From the NCBI GenBank assembly GCA_024644105.1, contig JAHELP010000001.1, positions 20,672 through 84,671 on the forward strand: DNA of 64,000 bases. Direction: 5' to 3'. Below, piece by piece: positions 1-10,178 of this stretch. The notes under the pieces are model-generated. The model saw only the letters and a program-made list of their open reading frames with translations. It did no database searches and was not told the DNA's origin. Both the position numbers and the translations under genes were made by a program. This DNA comes from Nitrosopumilus sp. GTDB taxonomy: Archaea > Thermoproteota > Nitrososphaeria > Nitrososphaerales > Nitrosopumilaceae. How positions within the stretch are numbered: the stretch's first letter is position 1; each line of letters opens with the position of its first letter.

Positions 1-85
1 AAATTGAGCATAGATATTATCATGAAACTGGTAGAATATTAAAAATAGAATCAAAAGAGTTTAGATAAAATAGATCAATAACAAA

Positions 86-940
86 GTGAAAACATACATG
101 AAATTCATTCCTTCAGAATACAAGCAACGAAATATGAAAATTTGGAATGAAGTTGCACCTAGATATCATAAACGATGGGCAAGTGTCAATAAAGGACCAT
201 TTCAAAGTACAAAAAAACTAGTCAACTTGGTAAACATCAACAAGGGTGATTCAGTTTTAGATGTTGCATGTGGTACAGGAGTAGTTACAAATGAAATTCA
301 AATGAAAATAGGAAAATCAGGATTTGTTGTAGGGGTTGATACTTCAAGTGCAGCAATTAAAATTGCAAAAAAGTGGAATGGAAAAAAATCAAATGTAAAT
401 TTTGTAAATACAGATGCTGAAAAATTTTCATTTTCAAAAAAATTTGATATTGTTACTTGTCAATATGCTTTGTTTTTTTTTCCAAATGCTCAAAAAGCAT
501 TAAAAAATATGAAAAATAGCCTCAAGAAATCAGGAAAAATAGGGATTTCTGTACATGGGAGTAAAGAAGCTGTTCCTTTCTTTAGCAGTATTATTGATTC
601 CGTTACCAAGTATATTCCAGATTATGTTCCACCAGACTCTCCAGATCTTGATAGATTTGGAACAAAATCAGCTTTAAGAAAAGAAGTGAGCAAAGCAGGA
701 TTCTCAAAAATTATTGTGAAAGAATTTGTTTTTCAGTATAGTCCAGGAAAATTTGAGGATTATTGGAAAAATTATCTAAAATACATTGCAAAACCTCTGA
801 AAGAAAAACTAAATGAATTAGATTATAAAAAAAGAAAAGAATTGAAACAGTTAGTCAAAGCGAAAACATTACAGTATACCAAAAAAAGTGGAGAGATTGT
901 ATTTCCTTGGCAAGTTTTAATTCTAAGTGCAAAAAACTAG
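86..940 (+). CDS. Class I SAM-dependent methyltransferase (UbiE/Methyltransf_11-like)
   Basis: VLDVACGTG motif I, VVGVD and FDIVTCQYAL motifs; true start may be ATG at 98. Confidence 0.85.
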   Translation: MKTYMKFIPSEYKQRNMKIWNEVAPRYHKRWASVNKGPFQSTKKLVNLVNINKGDSVLDVACGTGVVTNEIQMKIGKSGFVVGVDTSSAAIKIAKKWNGKKSNVNFVNTDAEKFSFSKKFDIVTCQYALFFFPNAQKALKNMKNSLKKSGKIGISVHGSKEAVPFFSSIIDSVTKYIPDYVPPDSPDLDRFGTKSALRKEVSKAGFSKIIVKEFVFQYSPGKFEDYWKNYLKYIAKPLKEKLNELDYKKRKELKQLVKAKTLQYTKKSGEIVFPWQVLILSAKN

Positions 941-954
941 AGAATTAGAGAGAA

Positions 955-1437
955 ATGGGTAAAGAAAAGAAGAAAAAGGAAGATAAGCCAAAAAAGAATG
1001 ATTTTAAGTCATTTCTAAAAAAGAGGGCCCCAATCTATCTTGCATTAATTGCAATGTTTGTAGTATTTGTAATTCCTGAAATGACAAAGGGAACTTTGGA
1101 AAAAAGTTTTCCTGAATTCTCAGCAGAAGAACAACAAGTAATAGATATTTTGATGAAATATGATGGCCCAAATAATTCAGGTCTAACTGTATTGGAAGCA
1201 TTAGAGACTAAAATAAGTGAAGAGTATCCTGATGAGAAAATTTTTGATAATAAGAAAACTAGTATAGATATAAAAATATCAACTGTAAATCCTGATGAAT
1301 TTAAAGTATTACTAGATTTTAAATCTCACAAGGGAGAAATAAATTATGATTGGAATGTAAATGTAGTCTCAGAAAAAATTGATTCAAACAATCCAAATTC
1401 TAAATATATAATTGATCTTGTTGACTATTATGACTAG
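955..1437 (+). CDS. Hypothetical membrane-anchored protein
   Basis: Lys-rich N-terminus, one TM (IYLALIAMFVVFVI), acidic soluble domain. Confidence 0.75.
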   Translation: MGKEKKKKEDKPKKNDFKSFLKKRAPIYLALIAMFVVFVIPEMTKGTLEKSFPEFSAEEQQVIDILMKYDGPNNSGLTVLEALETKISEEYPDEKIFDNKKTSIDIKISTVNPDEFKVLLDFKSHKGEINYDWNVNVVSEKIDSNNPNSKYIIDLVDYYD

Positions 1438-1439
1438 GC

Positions 1440-2504
1440 TCAAATTGTAACTAAATCTTTAGTGAATTTGTGCATTACAATTGGTTTTTCTTTTACAATT
1501 AATGAATCCTCTATCCTAATTCCAAATTTATTTTGAATATAGATACCTGGTTCTACTGTTATTGCCATATTTTCTTTTAATTTTGTGTTACTTCTATATG
1601 ATACAGTTGGTAACTCATGTACTTCTAAACCAATCCCATGACCTGTTGAATGAATAAAGTATTTACCATAATTTTTTTCTTCAATGTATTTTCTACATGC
1701 AAAATCAATATTTTTACAATCAACATTTGGTTTTACAGCTTTTAATCCAAGTCGTTGTGATTCTTTTACTATTTCATAAGCTTCATTTGCTTGTGATGTA
1801 ATTTTTCCTAATGCAAATGTTCTAGTGGCATCAGAAACATATCCTTTGTATCTTAAAGTAAGATCAGTAACTACAAGATCACCTTTTTTGAATTTTCTAT
1901 TTGTAACTTGAGCATGTGGAAGTGCTCCATTTGGGCCACCAGCAATTATCAATGGGTTTAAAGTCGATTTGTATCCAGTGTCAAACATTTCTTGTTCCAT
2001 TGCATATGTCATCAAAATTGTCTGTAATTCTGATTCTTTTTGACCTACTTTCATCTTTTTTGAACAAATTTGGAACATTTCATCAATGATTTTTGAAGCT
2101 TTTTTGAGAATTTTTATTTCTTTTTCATCTTTGATTATTCTAGTATTGTAAAATGGTTCAGTTGATGATTTAATTTTTGGAATTGATTTTTTTAATGACA
2201 TCATAATAGAGTAGTTTTGGCAATCAGTACAGACTCTATTTTTCTTAATTTTTTTAATTAATGAAGTTATCAGACCCTCTCCTCGTTCTGCTGTGATGAC
2301 ATCACAATCTTCAGATTCTTCTTTTGCTCTCCCTACTTCTAATTCTGGTGCAATAATCGTAGTTTTACCATTTTTTTCAAGTAAGCCAATTGCTTCTCCC
2401 CAAAATCCAGTCATGTAAAACAAATTTTCAGGCTCAAATGTAACCAAAGTGTCACAATCTATTTTTTGAGCATATTTTAGAAGATTCTTTCTACGCTGCT
2501 TCAT
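1440..2504 (-). CDS. Xaa-Pro aminopeptidase/prolidase (M24B)
   Basis: GYVSDATRT, HSTGHGIGLEVHE, TVEPGIY, GIRIED metal-binding motifs. Confidence 0.93.
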   Translation of the reverse strand: MKQRRKNLLKYAQKIDCDTLVTFEPENLFYMTGFWGEAIGLLEKNGKTTIIAPELEVGRAKEESEDCDVITAERGEGLITSLIKKIKKNRVCTDCQNYSIMMSLKKSIPKIKSSTEPFYNTRIIKDEKEIKILKKASKIIDEMFQICSKKMKVGQKESELQTILMTYAMEQEMFDTGYKSTLNPLIIAGGPNGALPHAQVTNRKFKKGDLVVTDLTLRYKGYVSDATRTFALGKITSQANEAYEIVKESQRLGLKAVKPNVDCKNIDFACRKYIEEKNYGKYFIHSTGHGIGLEVHELPTVSYRSNTKLKENMAITVEPGIYIQNKFGIRIEDSLIVKEKPIVMHKFTKDLVTI

Positions 2505-2530
2505 ACAGAAACTTGTACATTTCTTAATTT

Positions 2531-3589
2531 ATGTATGATGTAAAGTTTGTATATGGAAAATTGAATCAGATCGCATTGGCTGAAGAGAAAGAAAAGAAGA
2601 AAGTAGTTGCATTACTATCTGGAGGATTAGATAGTCAACTAGCAGTAAGAATGATGCAAGAACAAGGCTTTGATGTTTCTGCAGTTGCAATTAAAACTCC
2701 ATTTTGTGATTTTGATTGTGGTAGAGGTTGTGGTTTTGAAATTAGAGAAAGAGCAGATGATCTTAATGTGAATTTAAAAACAGTTTATCTTGGTGATGAA
2801 TACATTGAGATGTTAAAACATCCAAAACATGGAATTGGTGCTGGATTTAATCCATGTGTAGATTGTAGAACTATGATGTTTGATGCAGCAAAAAAACACA
2901 TGGAAGAAATTGGTGCAGAATTTATTATTTCAGGTGAAGTATTAGGTCAACGTCCAATGAGTCAACATGCACCATCATTACACATTATTGAAAATGAATC
3001 AAACTTGAAAGGGAAAATTGTTAGGCCATTATCTGCAGGATTACTACCACCATCAGATGCTGAAAAAGATGGTTTGATTAAAAGAGAAAATCTAGGAATG
3101 ATTAGAGGAAGACAAAGAAAAATTCAAATGAAAATGGCAAAAGAATATGGAATTGAAAATCCACCAAATGCAGGTGGCGGATGTTTGTTAACAGAACCAC
3201 AATTTGGAATTAAGGCTAAAGATTTGTTTGATCATGTTGAAACACCAACAATAAATGAAATTGATTTATTGAAAATTGGTAGACATTTTAGATTAGATGA
3301 AGAAACAAAATTTGTTGTTGGAAGAAACAAGGATGAAAATGAAATGATTAAAGCATTGGCATTACCAGGAGATATTTTATTTGAGGCTAAAGACTACGTA
3401 GGACCAATTTCAATTTTACGTGGTAAGAATGCAAAGTTACATGTTGAATTTGCATCAGCAGTAACTTTGAGATATTCAGATGCACCAAACACTGAACAAG
3501 GTGTTGTTTCAGTAAAAAATGGAGATTCATCTGAAGAAATTACTACAGAATGTGCAGAAGAGCAATCTTATCTTAAATTTAGAATGTAG
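2531..3589 (+). CDS. PP-loop tRNA thiolation-type enzyme (ThiI/MnmA-like) with C-terminal DUF814/NFACT-R-like region
   Basis: SGGLDS PP-loop, PCVDCR, SGEVLGQRPMSQ, GGCLLT, GRHFR...VGRN; true start likely TTG at 2576. Confidence 0.8.
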   Translation: MYDVKFVYGKLNQIALAEEKEKKKVVALLSGGLDSQLAVRMMQEQGFDVSAVAIKTPFCDFDCGRGCGFEIRERADDLNVNLKTVYLGDEYIEMLKHPKHGIGAGFNPCVDCRTMMFDAAKKHMEEIGAEFIISGEVLGQRPMSQHAPSLHIIENESNLKGKIVRPLSAGLLPPSDAEKDGLIKRENLGMIRGRQRKIQMKMAKEYGIENPPNAGGGCLLTEPQFGIKAKDLFDHVETPTINEIDLLKIGRHFRLDEETKFVVGRNKDENEMIKALALPGDILFEAKDYVGPISILRGKNAKLHVEFASAVTLRYSDAPNTEQGVVSVKNGDSSEEITTECAEEQSYLKFRM

Positions 3590-3662
3590 GCGTGAAATTT
3601 TTTAAAAATTAGTTAAAACTAAGGAAGAGTTTTTGAACAAGTAGATCTCATTTTCAACAAGG

Positions 3663-3941
3663 ATGCAAAAGCAAGAAAATTCCACATATCTAAAGGCTAT
3701 TACAATTAGGGATATCAGTGATGTTCATTCTATCAAAGAAGATATCAAAAAAAATATGATTTTAATTCTAAGAGTTACACCTTTGGCACAAAAAGATGTG
3801 GAGCAACTTCGTAAAGTAGTTGAAGAATTGTATTCTATTGCAAAAGCAGAAGATGCTGAAATTGCAAGATTGGGTGAAGAGAGAATCATAATTGCTCCAT
3901 CTAGTATAAAGATCTGGAAACCAGAGTACGATCTAAAATAA
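3663..3941 (+). CDS. sepF: Archaeal SepF-like cell division protein
   Basis: 92 aa; IKEDIKKNMILILRVTPL...LRKVVEEL...IARLGEERIIIAP pattern. Confidence 0.75.
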   Translation: MQKQENSTYLKAITIRDISDVHSIKEDIKKNMILILRVTPLAQKDVEQLRKVVEELYSIAKAEDAEIARLGEERIIIAPSSIKIWKPEYDLK

Positions 3942-5873
3942 TTTTATAGCTTCTTGAACTTGAGGATAATGTGCAGGTACTTTGTACATTCTTCTAATAT
4001 TCATTGCAAGATTTTCTGATTTCTTCCTTTCTCCATGATTAACTAACACACGTCGAAGTTTAGGTCTTAGTCTTTGTACAAATGACATTAATTGATTATA
4101 ATCACTGTGTCCACTAAAACCATCCAATTTTTCAACTCCACAGTTAATTGAGACAACTTCAACTTTACCTTCTTTACCTAACATTGTTGCCTGTTTTGAA
4201 CCATCCAATACTCTTCTTCCCAAAGTTCCATTTACTTGGTAAGAAACAAAAAGTACTTTGTTCTTTTTATCAGGAGCTATATTTTTAAAATATTCCAATA
4301 CAGGGCCTCCTTCTAACATTCCAGAGGTGGCTAAGATAATACATGGAGAATTATCTCGCATTGGTTCTTCTCTAGCATCAGCATGTTCGATGTTAGTAAA
4401 GTATTCAGAATCAAATGGATTATCATCAGTCTCTAGAATTTTTTGTTTTAGTTCTCTTGCAAGGTATTCAGGATATGATTCATGTATTGCCGATGCCTCT
4501 GAAATCATTCCTTCTGTAAATACAGGAGCTTCAACCATCTCACCAGATTTCATATAATGATCTATTACCATCATAATTTCTTGTGCACGCCCAACTGCAG
4601 GAATTGGAATTAAGACTTTACCCCCATCTGCTAAAGTATTGTTTACTGCATTAATGAAAGCAGATTCTACTTCTTGTCTAGTTGGTTGAATATCTTCTTT
4701 AAGACCATAAGTACTTTCAATCAATAATGTTTCAACTCTTGGAAAATTCCAACTAGCAGCTTCAAACAAAATACTTTTTCCAAATTTAATATCGCCAGAA
4801 TAAACAAAGTTATGATCACCATTTCCAATATGAAAATGACATAATGCTGAACCAAGAATATGGCCTGCATTTGCAAGTACTAATTTAATATCTGGAGAAA
4901 TATCGGTAACTGTTCCGTATGGCAAAGTAATTGTTTGACGCATTATTTGTTTCACGTCCCGTTCTGAATAAATTGGAGTTCTACCTTGAGCAGAAGCAAC
5001 TTTGATTGCATCTAATTGAATTAGATTCATCATGGGTAAAGTTGGTTCAGTACAATAGATTGGGCCTTTGTATCCATATTTACAAAGTGTTGGTAAAAAT
5101 CCAGTATGATCCAAGTGTGCATGTCCAATTACAATTGCATCAAGTTCATCTAATGTGATGTTTAGAGAATCAAGTCTTGGAAATGCATCCATAGGTGAAC
5201 GTGCACCAGGATTTATTCCACAATCAATCAGAATCTTACTTTCTGGAGTGGATAGTAGTAACGAAGACCTTCCTACCTGACCAAATCCTCCAAGGGTATA
5301 AAGAGAAACTTCTGTCCTTTGAGATAATCTAGGTCTAAAAATTTCATCACCAACTTGTTTTAGCTGTTTACTTCTCTCAGCTGATGCCTGTTTGAGAGTT
5401 GCATTTATTGTTTGAATTGTACGTGATGGTATGGTTGTGGCTTTTCTAACGCGTAATCTCCATCCTATTTTTTCTGTAACCTCTGCATGATTGAATTCTT
5501 TAGCATTTCTTTGTAATAACCAAGGTCTTTTTGCTTCTATGGATACTTCTCCAGTTGCAGTATCAAAAATTGTTCCTTGTAGATTTGCTTCTTTTGGAAC
5601 ACATTCAGCTATGATTTTTCTTGCTTCATCTTCAGATTTTCTAATTGATTCATCGGTTCTAACAACAATTCTTTTTTTAATAATATTAACAAGATTAGAA
5701 ATTGTGTCATTGTTTTCCATCAAATAACGTGGAGAATTTGTATAGAGAGCAATTCTTGGTCCTTCATATTCTATTTTTGTGACACTTGCTTCTTTAGGTA
5801 TACTTTGCAGTATGGTGGCCATTATATTCTGGCTACTAGGAGGTAATTCTTTTTCTTGATATTTTCTTTGCAT
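3933..5873 (-). CDS. fttA: aCPSF1 / FttA KH-domain beta-CASP ribonuclease (transcription termination factor)
   Basis: N-terminal KH region (IEYEGP), HAHLDH MBL motif, AGHILGS, GFSGHSD, NHGE; start placed at ATG 5873 to avoid overlap with psmB. Confidence 0.93.
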   Translation of the reverse strand: MQRKYQEKELPPSSQNIMATILQSIPKEASVTKIEYEGPRIALYTNSPRYLMENNDTISNLVNIIKKRIVVRTDESIRKSEDEARKIIAECVPKEANLQGTIFDTATGEVSIEAKRPWLLQRNAKEFNHAEVTEKIGWRLRVRKATTIPSRTIQTINATLKQASAERSKQLKQVGDEIFRPRLSQRTEVSLYTLGGFGQVGRSSLLLSTPESKILIDCGINPGARSPMDAFPRLDSLNITLDELDAIVIGHAHLDHTGFLPTLCKYGYKGPIYCTEPTLPMMNLIQLDAIKVASAQGRTPIYSERDVKQIMRQTITLPYGTVTDISPDIKLVLANAGHILGSALCHFHIGNGDHNFVYSGDIKFGKSILFEAASWNFPRVETLLIESTYGLKEDIQPTRQEVESAFINAVNNTLADGGKVLIPIPAVGRAQEIMMVIDHYMKSGEMVEAPVFTEGMISEASAIHESYPEYLARELKQKILETDDNPFDSEYFTNIEHADAREEPMRDNSPCIILATSGMLEGGPVLEYFKNIAPDKKNKVLFVSYQVNGTLGRRVLDGSKQATMLGKEGKVEVVSINCGVEKLDGFSGHSDYNQLMSFVQRLRPKLRRVLVNHGERKKSENLAMNIRRMYKVPAHYPQVQEAIKLF

Positions 5874-5880
5874 TAAATCA

Positions 5881-6513
5881 CTAAAGTTCGATGACGGCTT
5901 TCTTTTGCTCATCGGTTAATAGACGGAAACCGTCTTTGTCCATAACTGCGATGTTAATACCATCGCCTGTACCAATGTTTCTAACTATTGCGGCTTTAAC
6001 AGCTCGTAGAGCTACTTGTTTTGCTTCTTCAACTGTAAGATCTTCTTTGTATTCTTCTTCAAGTAAACCATATGCTACTGGAGAACCGCTACCAGTTGTA
6101 ACATATGATTTCTCTTCTACTGAACCAAACATATCAACATTGAATAATGAAGGGCCAGTTGCATCATATCCACCAAGTAAGATATCAGCCATGAATGGAT
6201 AGCCTCTGTTTTGATGAAATATCAATGAACAAAGTCTTGCAAGTGAATGAATCGAGATTGAACTCTGTTTTTCAACTCTATGAAGATTAGAATGATAACG
6301 TAAAATATCTACTATATTTTGTGCATCTGCAACTCCTCCTGCCAAGGTTAATCCTGCATGCAAATCAATTTGTTGAATTTTCATAGTGTTGTTGTTTGCT
6401 ATAAAATAGCCTGCACTGGCTCTCATGTCGGCACATAATACGACACCATCTTTAGCCTTGATACCTACAGTGGTAGTCCCATGCAAAATTTTTTCTTCAA
6501 CGTTATTTGACAA
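5881..6513 (-). CDS. psmB: Proteasome beta subunit
   Basis: Propeptide then HG|TTTVG catalytic Thr, TGSGS; adjacent to aCPSF1 as is usual in archaea. Confidence 0.96.
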   Translation of the reverse strand: MSNNVEEKILHGTTTVGIKAKDGVVLCADMRASAGYFIANNNTMKIQQIDLHAGLTLAGGVADAQNIVDILRYHSNLHRVEKQSSISIHSLARLCSLIFHQNRGYPFMADILLGGYDATGPSLFNVDMFGSVEEKSYVTTGSGSPVAYGLLEEEYKEDLTVEEAKQVALRAVKAAIVRNIGTGDGINIAVMDKDGFRLLTDEQKKAVIEL

Positions 6514-6588
6514 AATACACCTACTAAGATGAAATGAATGGCATCTAACCCTTTTAAATAACTTTTTGATCCCTTGAAATCATAAATA

Positions 6589-7653
6589 ATGACAAAAAAT
6601 CAAGATCGCATGGTTTCACACACGATGGAATTACCCAGACAAATTGTTGTGGGTGAAAAGAATATCAATGAGTTTGCAGATTTTCTTCAAAGTTTAACTA
6701 AACCTAAGAAAGTATCATTAATTTCTGGAATTCATGTAAAAAAAATTCTTAAACAGAAAATTGAAAAATCGTTAAAAAATAAAAAAATTAAATTTGCTTG
6801 GCATACATCAAAAGATAATCAGATAAGTACTCTTAAAAAAATTCAGATTGAAGTTAAAAAAGATTGTAGTGATATAATTGCTGGAATTGGAGGAGGACGT
6901 TCTGTAGATACTGCAAAAATGGTTGCTTTTAATTTGGATATTCCATTTGTTAGTGTACCTACAGCTGCTTCACATGATGGAATAGCCAGCCCATTTGTTT
7001 CAATAAAAAGTGATAAACCTCATTCAATTGTTGCGACTGCACCCTTGGGTGTTTTTGTAGATATTGATATTATCAAAAAAGCTCCTTCTCGATTACTTGC
7101 AAGTGGTTGTGGGGATTTGGTAGCAAATATCAGTGCTGTCAAAGATTGGAAATTGGGTAGAGACAAAACTGGGGAATATTATGGAAGATATTCAGCGAAT
7201 TTAGCAATAATGAGTGCAGATATAGTAATGGAAAAATCAAGTCAATATGCTAAGAAAGGTCTAGATGCTAGAGTAATTGTTGAAGCTCTAATTAGTGCAG
7301 GAGTTGCATCATGTATTGCAGGAAGTAGCAGACCATGTTCAGGTGCAGAGCATCTTTTTTCACATGCACTAGATAAAATCGCCCCAGGTAAAGGATTACA
7401 CGGAGAGAAATGTGGGTTGGGTGCGATTATGATTACAAAACTTCAAGGACAAAATTGGAAAGATATTGTAAAAACATTGAAAGATGTAGGTGCACCAACA
7501 AATGCAAAAGAAATTGGTTTGACTGAAGAACAAGTAATAGATGCATTAATGATTGCACAAGATTTACGTCCAGAAAGATATACAATTCTAAAAGAAGTAG
7601 AAATGACTGAGAGAAGAGCTAAAAATCTCGCAAAATCTACTAGAGTAATTTAA
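6589..7653 (+). CDS. egsA: sn-glycerol-1-phosphate dehydrogenase
   Basis: GIGGGRSVD, PTAASHDG, SRPCSGAEHLFSHALD, LHGE. Confidence 0.95.
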   Translation: MTKNQDRMVSHTMELPRQIVVGEKNINEFADFLQSLTKPKKVSLISGIHVKKILKQKIEKSLKNKKIKFAWHTSKDNQISTLKKIQIEVKKDCSDIIAGIGGGRSVDTAKMVAFNLDIPFVSVPTAASHDGIASPFVSIKSDKPHSIVATAPLGVFVDIDIIKKAPSRLLASGCGDLVANISAVKDWKLGRDKTGEYYGRYSANLAIMSADIVMEKSSQYAKKGLDARVIVEALISAGVASCIAGSSRPCSGAEHLFSHALDKIAPGKGLHGEKCGLGAIMITKLQGQNWKDIVKTLKDVGAPTNAKEIGLTEEQVIDALMIAQDLRPERYTILKEVEMTERRAKNLAKSTRVI

Positions 7654-8396
7654 GCAGTTTTTTGTTCAGGTGCTTTTTCTTTTATTTCAGGTTTCTTTTC
7701 CTGAGCTTGTTTGTTGATGTGAGATTCAACAAAATTAACTTTTTCCAAAGTTGGAACGAATTTAAAAATATCTAGTTGAATAAAGTGTTTCATGATTTGT
7801 AATCCATCAGCTCGTAAGATATCCTCAGGAATAGTAACGCTTACTTCTTTATCTTTTAGGTCAAAAGCAATTTTTGTGTCCTCAACAGGTAATCTATTTT
7901 TAAGAATTCCATCAACTTTATCACTTGGGGAATCTAAAGATTTGATGACATTAACATCAAACAAAATAGTTTTTCCTGCATATCTATGATTATAATCAAC
8001 TTGAACTCTTCCAGAACCAATAAAACGAATAATTCCTCTTTTATTATCAACTTCAATTGTGTCACCTACTGAAACTTTCTCTGCATCTTCTCCTAATTTT
8101 CTAATAGGAATCATTCTAACTTTTCCAGAATCTCTTTCACCAAAACCTTTGTCCGGTGTGACTTCTACTGTAAGCTTATCTCCAACTGCAGTTTTTGCAA
8201 GTGCCTCATCAAGTCCTTTGAGAACAGGATAAGAAACTTCACCAATAGAAACTAACTTTGGTTGATACTTGACATTTTGTTCATGAATAGAATGTTTTTT
8301 TGCATCTTCTTCAATAGTGGTATCAAAAATTTCCTCAGTATCTTTTACTTTTGCAGTATAATCAACTAAAATTAATGAGCCTTTATCAAATGTCAA
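7650..8396 (-). CDS. Long-type archaeal FKBP peptidyl-prolyl isomerase
   Basis: VDYT...FDTT, GLDEAL, PDKGFGER, VDYNHRYAGKT. Confidence 0.92.
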   Translation of the reverse strand: MTFDKGSLILVDYTAKVKDTEEIFDTTIEEDAKKHSIHEQNVKYQPKLVSIGEVSYPVLKGLDEALAKTAVGDKLTVEVTPDKGFGERDSGKVRMIPIRKLGEDAEKVSVGDTIEVDNKRGIIRFIGSGRVQVDYNHRYAGKTILFDVNVIKSLDSPSDKVDGILKNRLPVEDTKIAFDLKDKEVSVTIPEDILRADGLQIMKHFIQLDIFKFVPTLEKVNFVESHINKQAQEKKPEIKEKAPEQKTA

Positions 8397-8437
8397 TGTG
8401 ATCGGTCTCGAATTTCCTTATATTAAGTTAACAGGGT

Positions 8438-9583
8438 TTAGAGAGCTTTGAGTTTTTCTTCTGCAGTTTTAAGTCCTGCTTGAGCATCAACATTGAATCC
8501 CATCATTGTTAGTGTAGCTGAAATTGCAGAAATAGTTCTCATAACATGATATGGACTAACTTCTCCCATACATCCTACTCTGAAAACTTTACCTTTGAGA
8601 TTTCCAAATCCACCAGCAACTAAAACTTTGAACTTATCAGCTAATGTGCTTCTGAAAGTTTTGTCTTCAAGACCATCCAAGTAATTTAATGCAACAATTG
8701 AGATTGACCGATCTTCTTCTTTAGCAAATGGAGAAAGACCCATAGCACTTAATCCAGAGTATAATGCATCTGAACAAACTTTGTGACGGTTAAAGACATT
8801 TTGTAATCCTTCTTCTAACATTACAGATAATGCTTCTCTATATGCATAAAGTAATGGAAGTGCGGGTGTGAAAGGAGTATGTTTTTCTTCATCATAATAT
8901 TTGAAGTATCTTGCTAAATTGAAATACATTGTAGCTGGTGGATTTTCAATCATGTATTTTTTGGCTTTAGCACTTACAGAAATTGGTGAAATTCCTGGAG
9001 GAGCTGCAATTGCTTTTTGTGCACCTGTCATACATACATCAATGTTCCATTTATCAACTGGAAGTGGAGCACCGCCTAATAGTGAGACTGAATCTACAAC
9101 ATAGAATGCATCATTTCTAGATGTTAAATCAGATACCTTATCAAGATAATTTATCATTGTTCCTGTAGAAGTTTCATTGTGAACAACATAGAATGCTTTA
9201 ACATCCTTATTGTTATCAAATGCTTCTTTTACTTGTTCAAACGTTGCATTTTCTCCTGGTGGAGTTTGAAGTTTTACTACGTTAGCTCCTTGGCCTTCAA
9301 TTAATTGTGATAATCTATTACTAAATTCACCATTTACAGGCATAATGACTTTGTCACCTTTCTTAACTAAATTCACAACACCTGCTTCTACTGCACCAGT
9401 TCCAGATGCAGATAATGCTACGATGTCATTTTTAGTTTCAAATACCTGCTGAGTTTTATCAACAACATCAGTGTATAATTCTACAAAATCATCACTTCGA
9501 TGGTTAATCATTGGGGCAAGCATTGCTCTCATTACTCTATTTGGTACATTTGTTGGACCAGGAAGCATTGAGAGATATTCCAT
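8438..9583 (-). CDS. Class V aminotransferase (serine-pyruvate/alanine-glyoxylate type)
   Basis: LPGPT, HRS, HNETSTG, DSVS, GAQK PLP lysine, FRVGCMG. Confidence 0.92.
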   Translation of the reverse strand: MEYLSMLPGPTNVPNRVMRAMLAPMINHRSDDFVELYTDVVDKTQQVFETKNDIVALSASGTGAVEAGVVNLVKKGDKVIMPVNGEFSNRLSQLIEGQGANVVKLQTPPGENATFEQVKEAFDNNKDVKAFYVVHNETSTGTMINYLDKVSDLTSRNDAFYVVDSVSLLGGAPLPVDKWNIDVCMTGAQKAIAAPPGISPISVSAKAKKYMIENPPATMYFNLARYFKYYDEEKHTPFTPALPLLYAYREALSVMLEEGLQNVFNRHKVCSDALYSGLSAMGLSPFAKEEDRSISIVALNYLDGLEDKTFRSTLADKFKVLVAGGFGNLKGKVFRVGCMGEVSPYHVMRTISAISATLTMMGFNVDAQAGLKTAEEKLKAL

Positions 9584-9622
9584 AAGTTATCTATGAGCAG
9601 TTATTTTGGGGTTTATTTATAA

Positions 9623-10117
9623 TTAGAGATTTTTCAAGTGTTCTTTAGCATCAATTTTTTCCAAAAAATTTCTTGTTCCATCAGGTACTAGATCATCCCA
9701 TTTTTGATCGGTAAGTATCAAATCACGAATATTAGTTCCTGATAGGGATTTTCTGTTTAGAAAAGGAATTGAGAGAACTTGAATATTCCTTTTAGAGTAC
9801 AAATGTTTTGTCAAGTCATCATTTGAAAAAATTATATCAAATTTTGGTACAATGGTATCTATTTTTTCAATCCATCGTATATGATTATCCAAATCTGGAA
9901 TAAAATAAATTGAAATTTTCTCTTTCAAATTATTATCAATAGAAGATAGAATCATTTCTTTGCGTTGATCTGCTGTAAATGGATTATCTTTTTCTATAGG
10001 TCTGTTGGAACTCCCTAAACCCACCCATAATTTATCAACTTTAGATAATGCAAATTGTAATGCTTCTAGATGACCCAGGTGAAATGGTTGAAATCTTCCT
10101 ATTAACAGACCATTCAT
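9623..10117 (-). CDS. nadM: Nicotinamide-nucleotide adenylyltransferase
   Basis: GRFQPFHLGH, NPFT, SGTNIR. Confidence 0.92.
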   Translation of the reverse strand: MNGLLIGRFQPFHLGHLEALQFALSKVDKLWVGLGSSNRPIEKDNPFTADQRKEMILSSIDNNLKEKISIYFIPDLDNHIRWIEKIDTIVPKFDIIFSNDDLTKHLYSKRNIQVLSIPFLNRKSLSGTNIRDLILTDQKWDDLVPDGTRNFLEKIDAKEHLKNL

Positions 10118-10178
10118 ACAAATTATAGTAAATTTCTTTTTAAAAAACTATCATAAAGAGCACAAATCGGAAAAAATT

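Noticed and set aside
5874..5912. N-terminal extension of aCPSF1 overlapping psmB
   Set aside because: ATG at 5873 removes the overlap and gives a normal operon spacing
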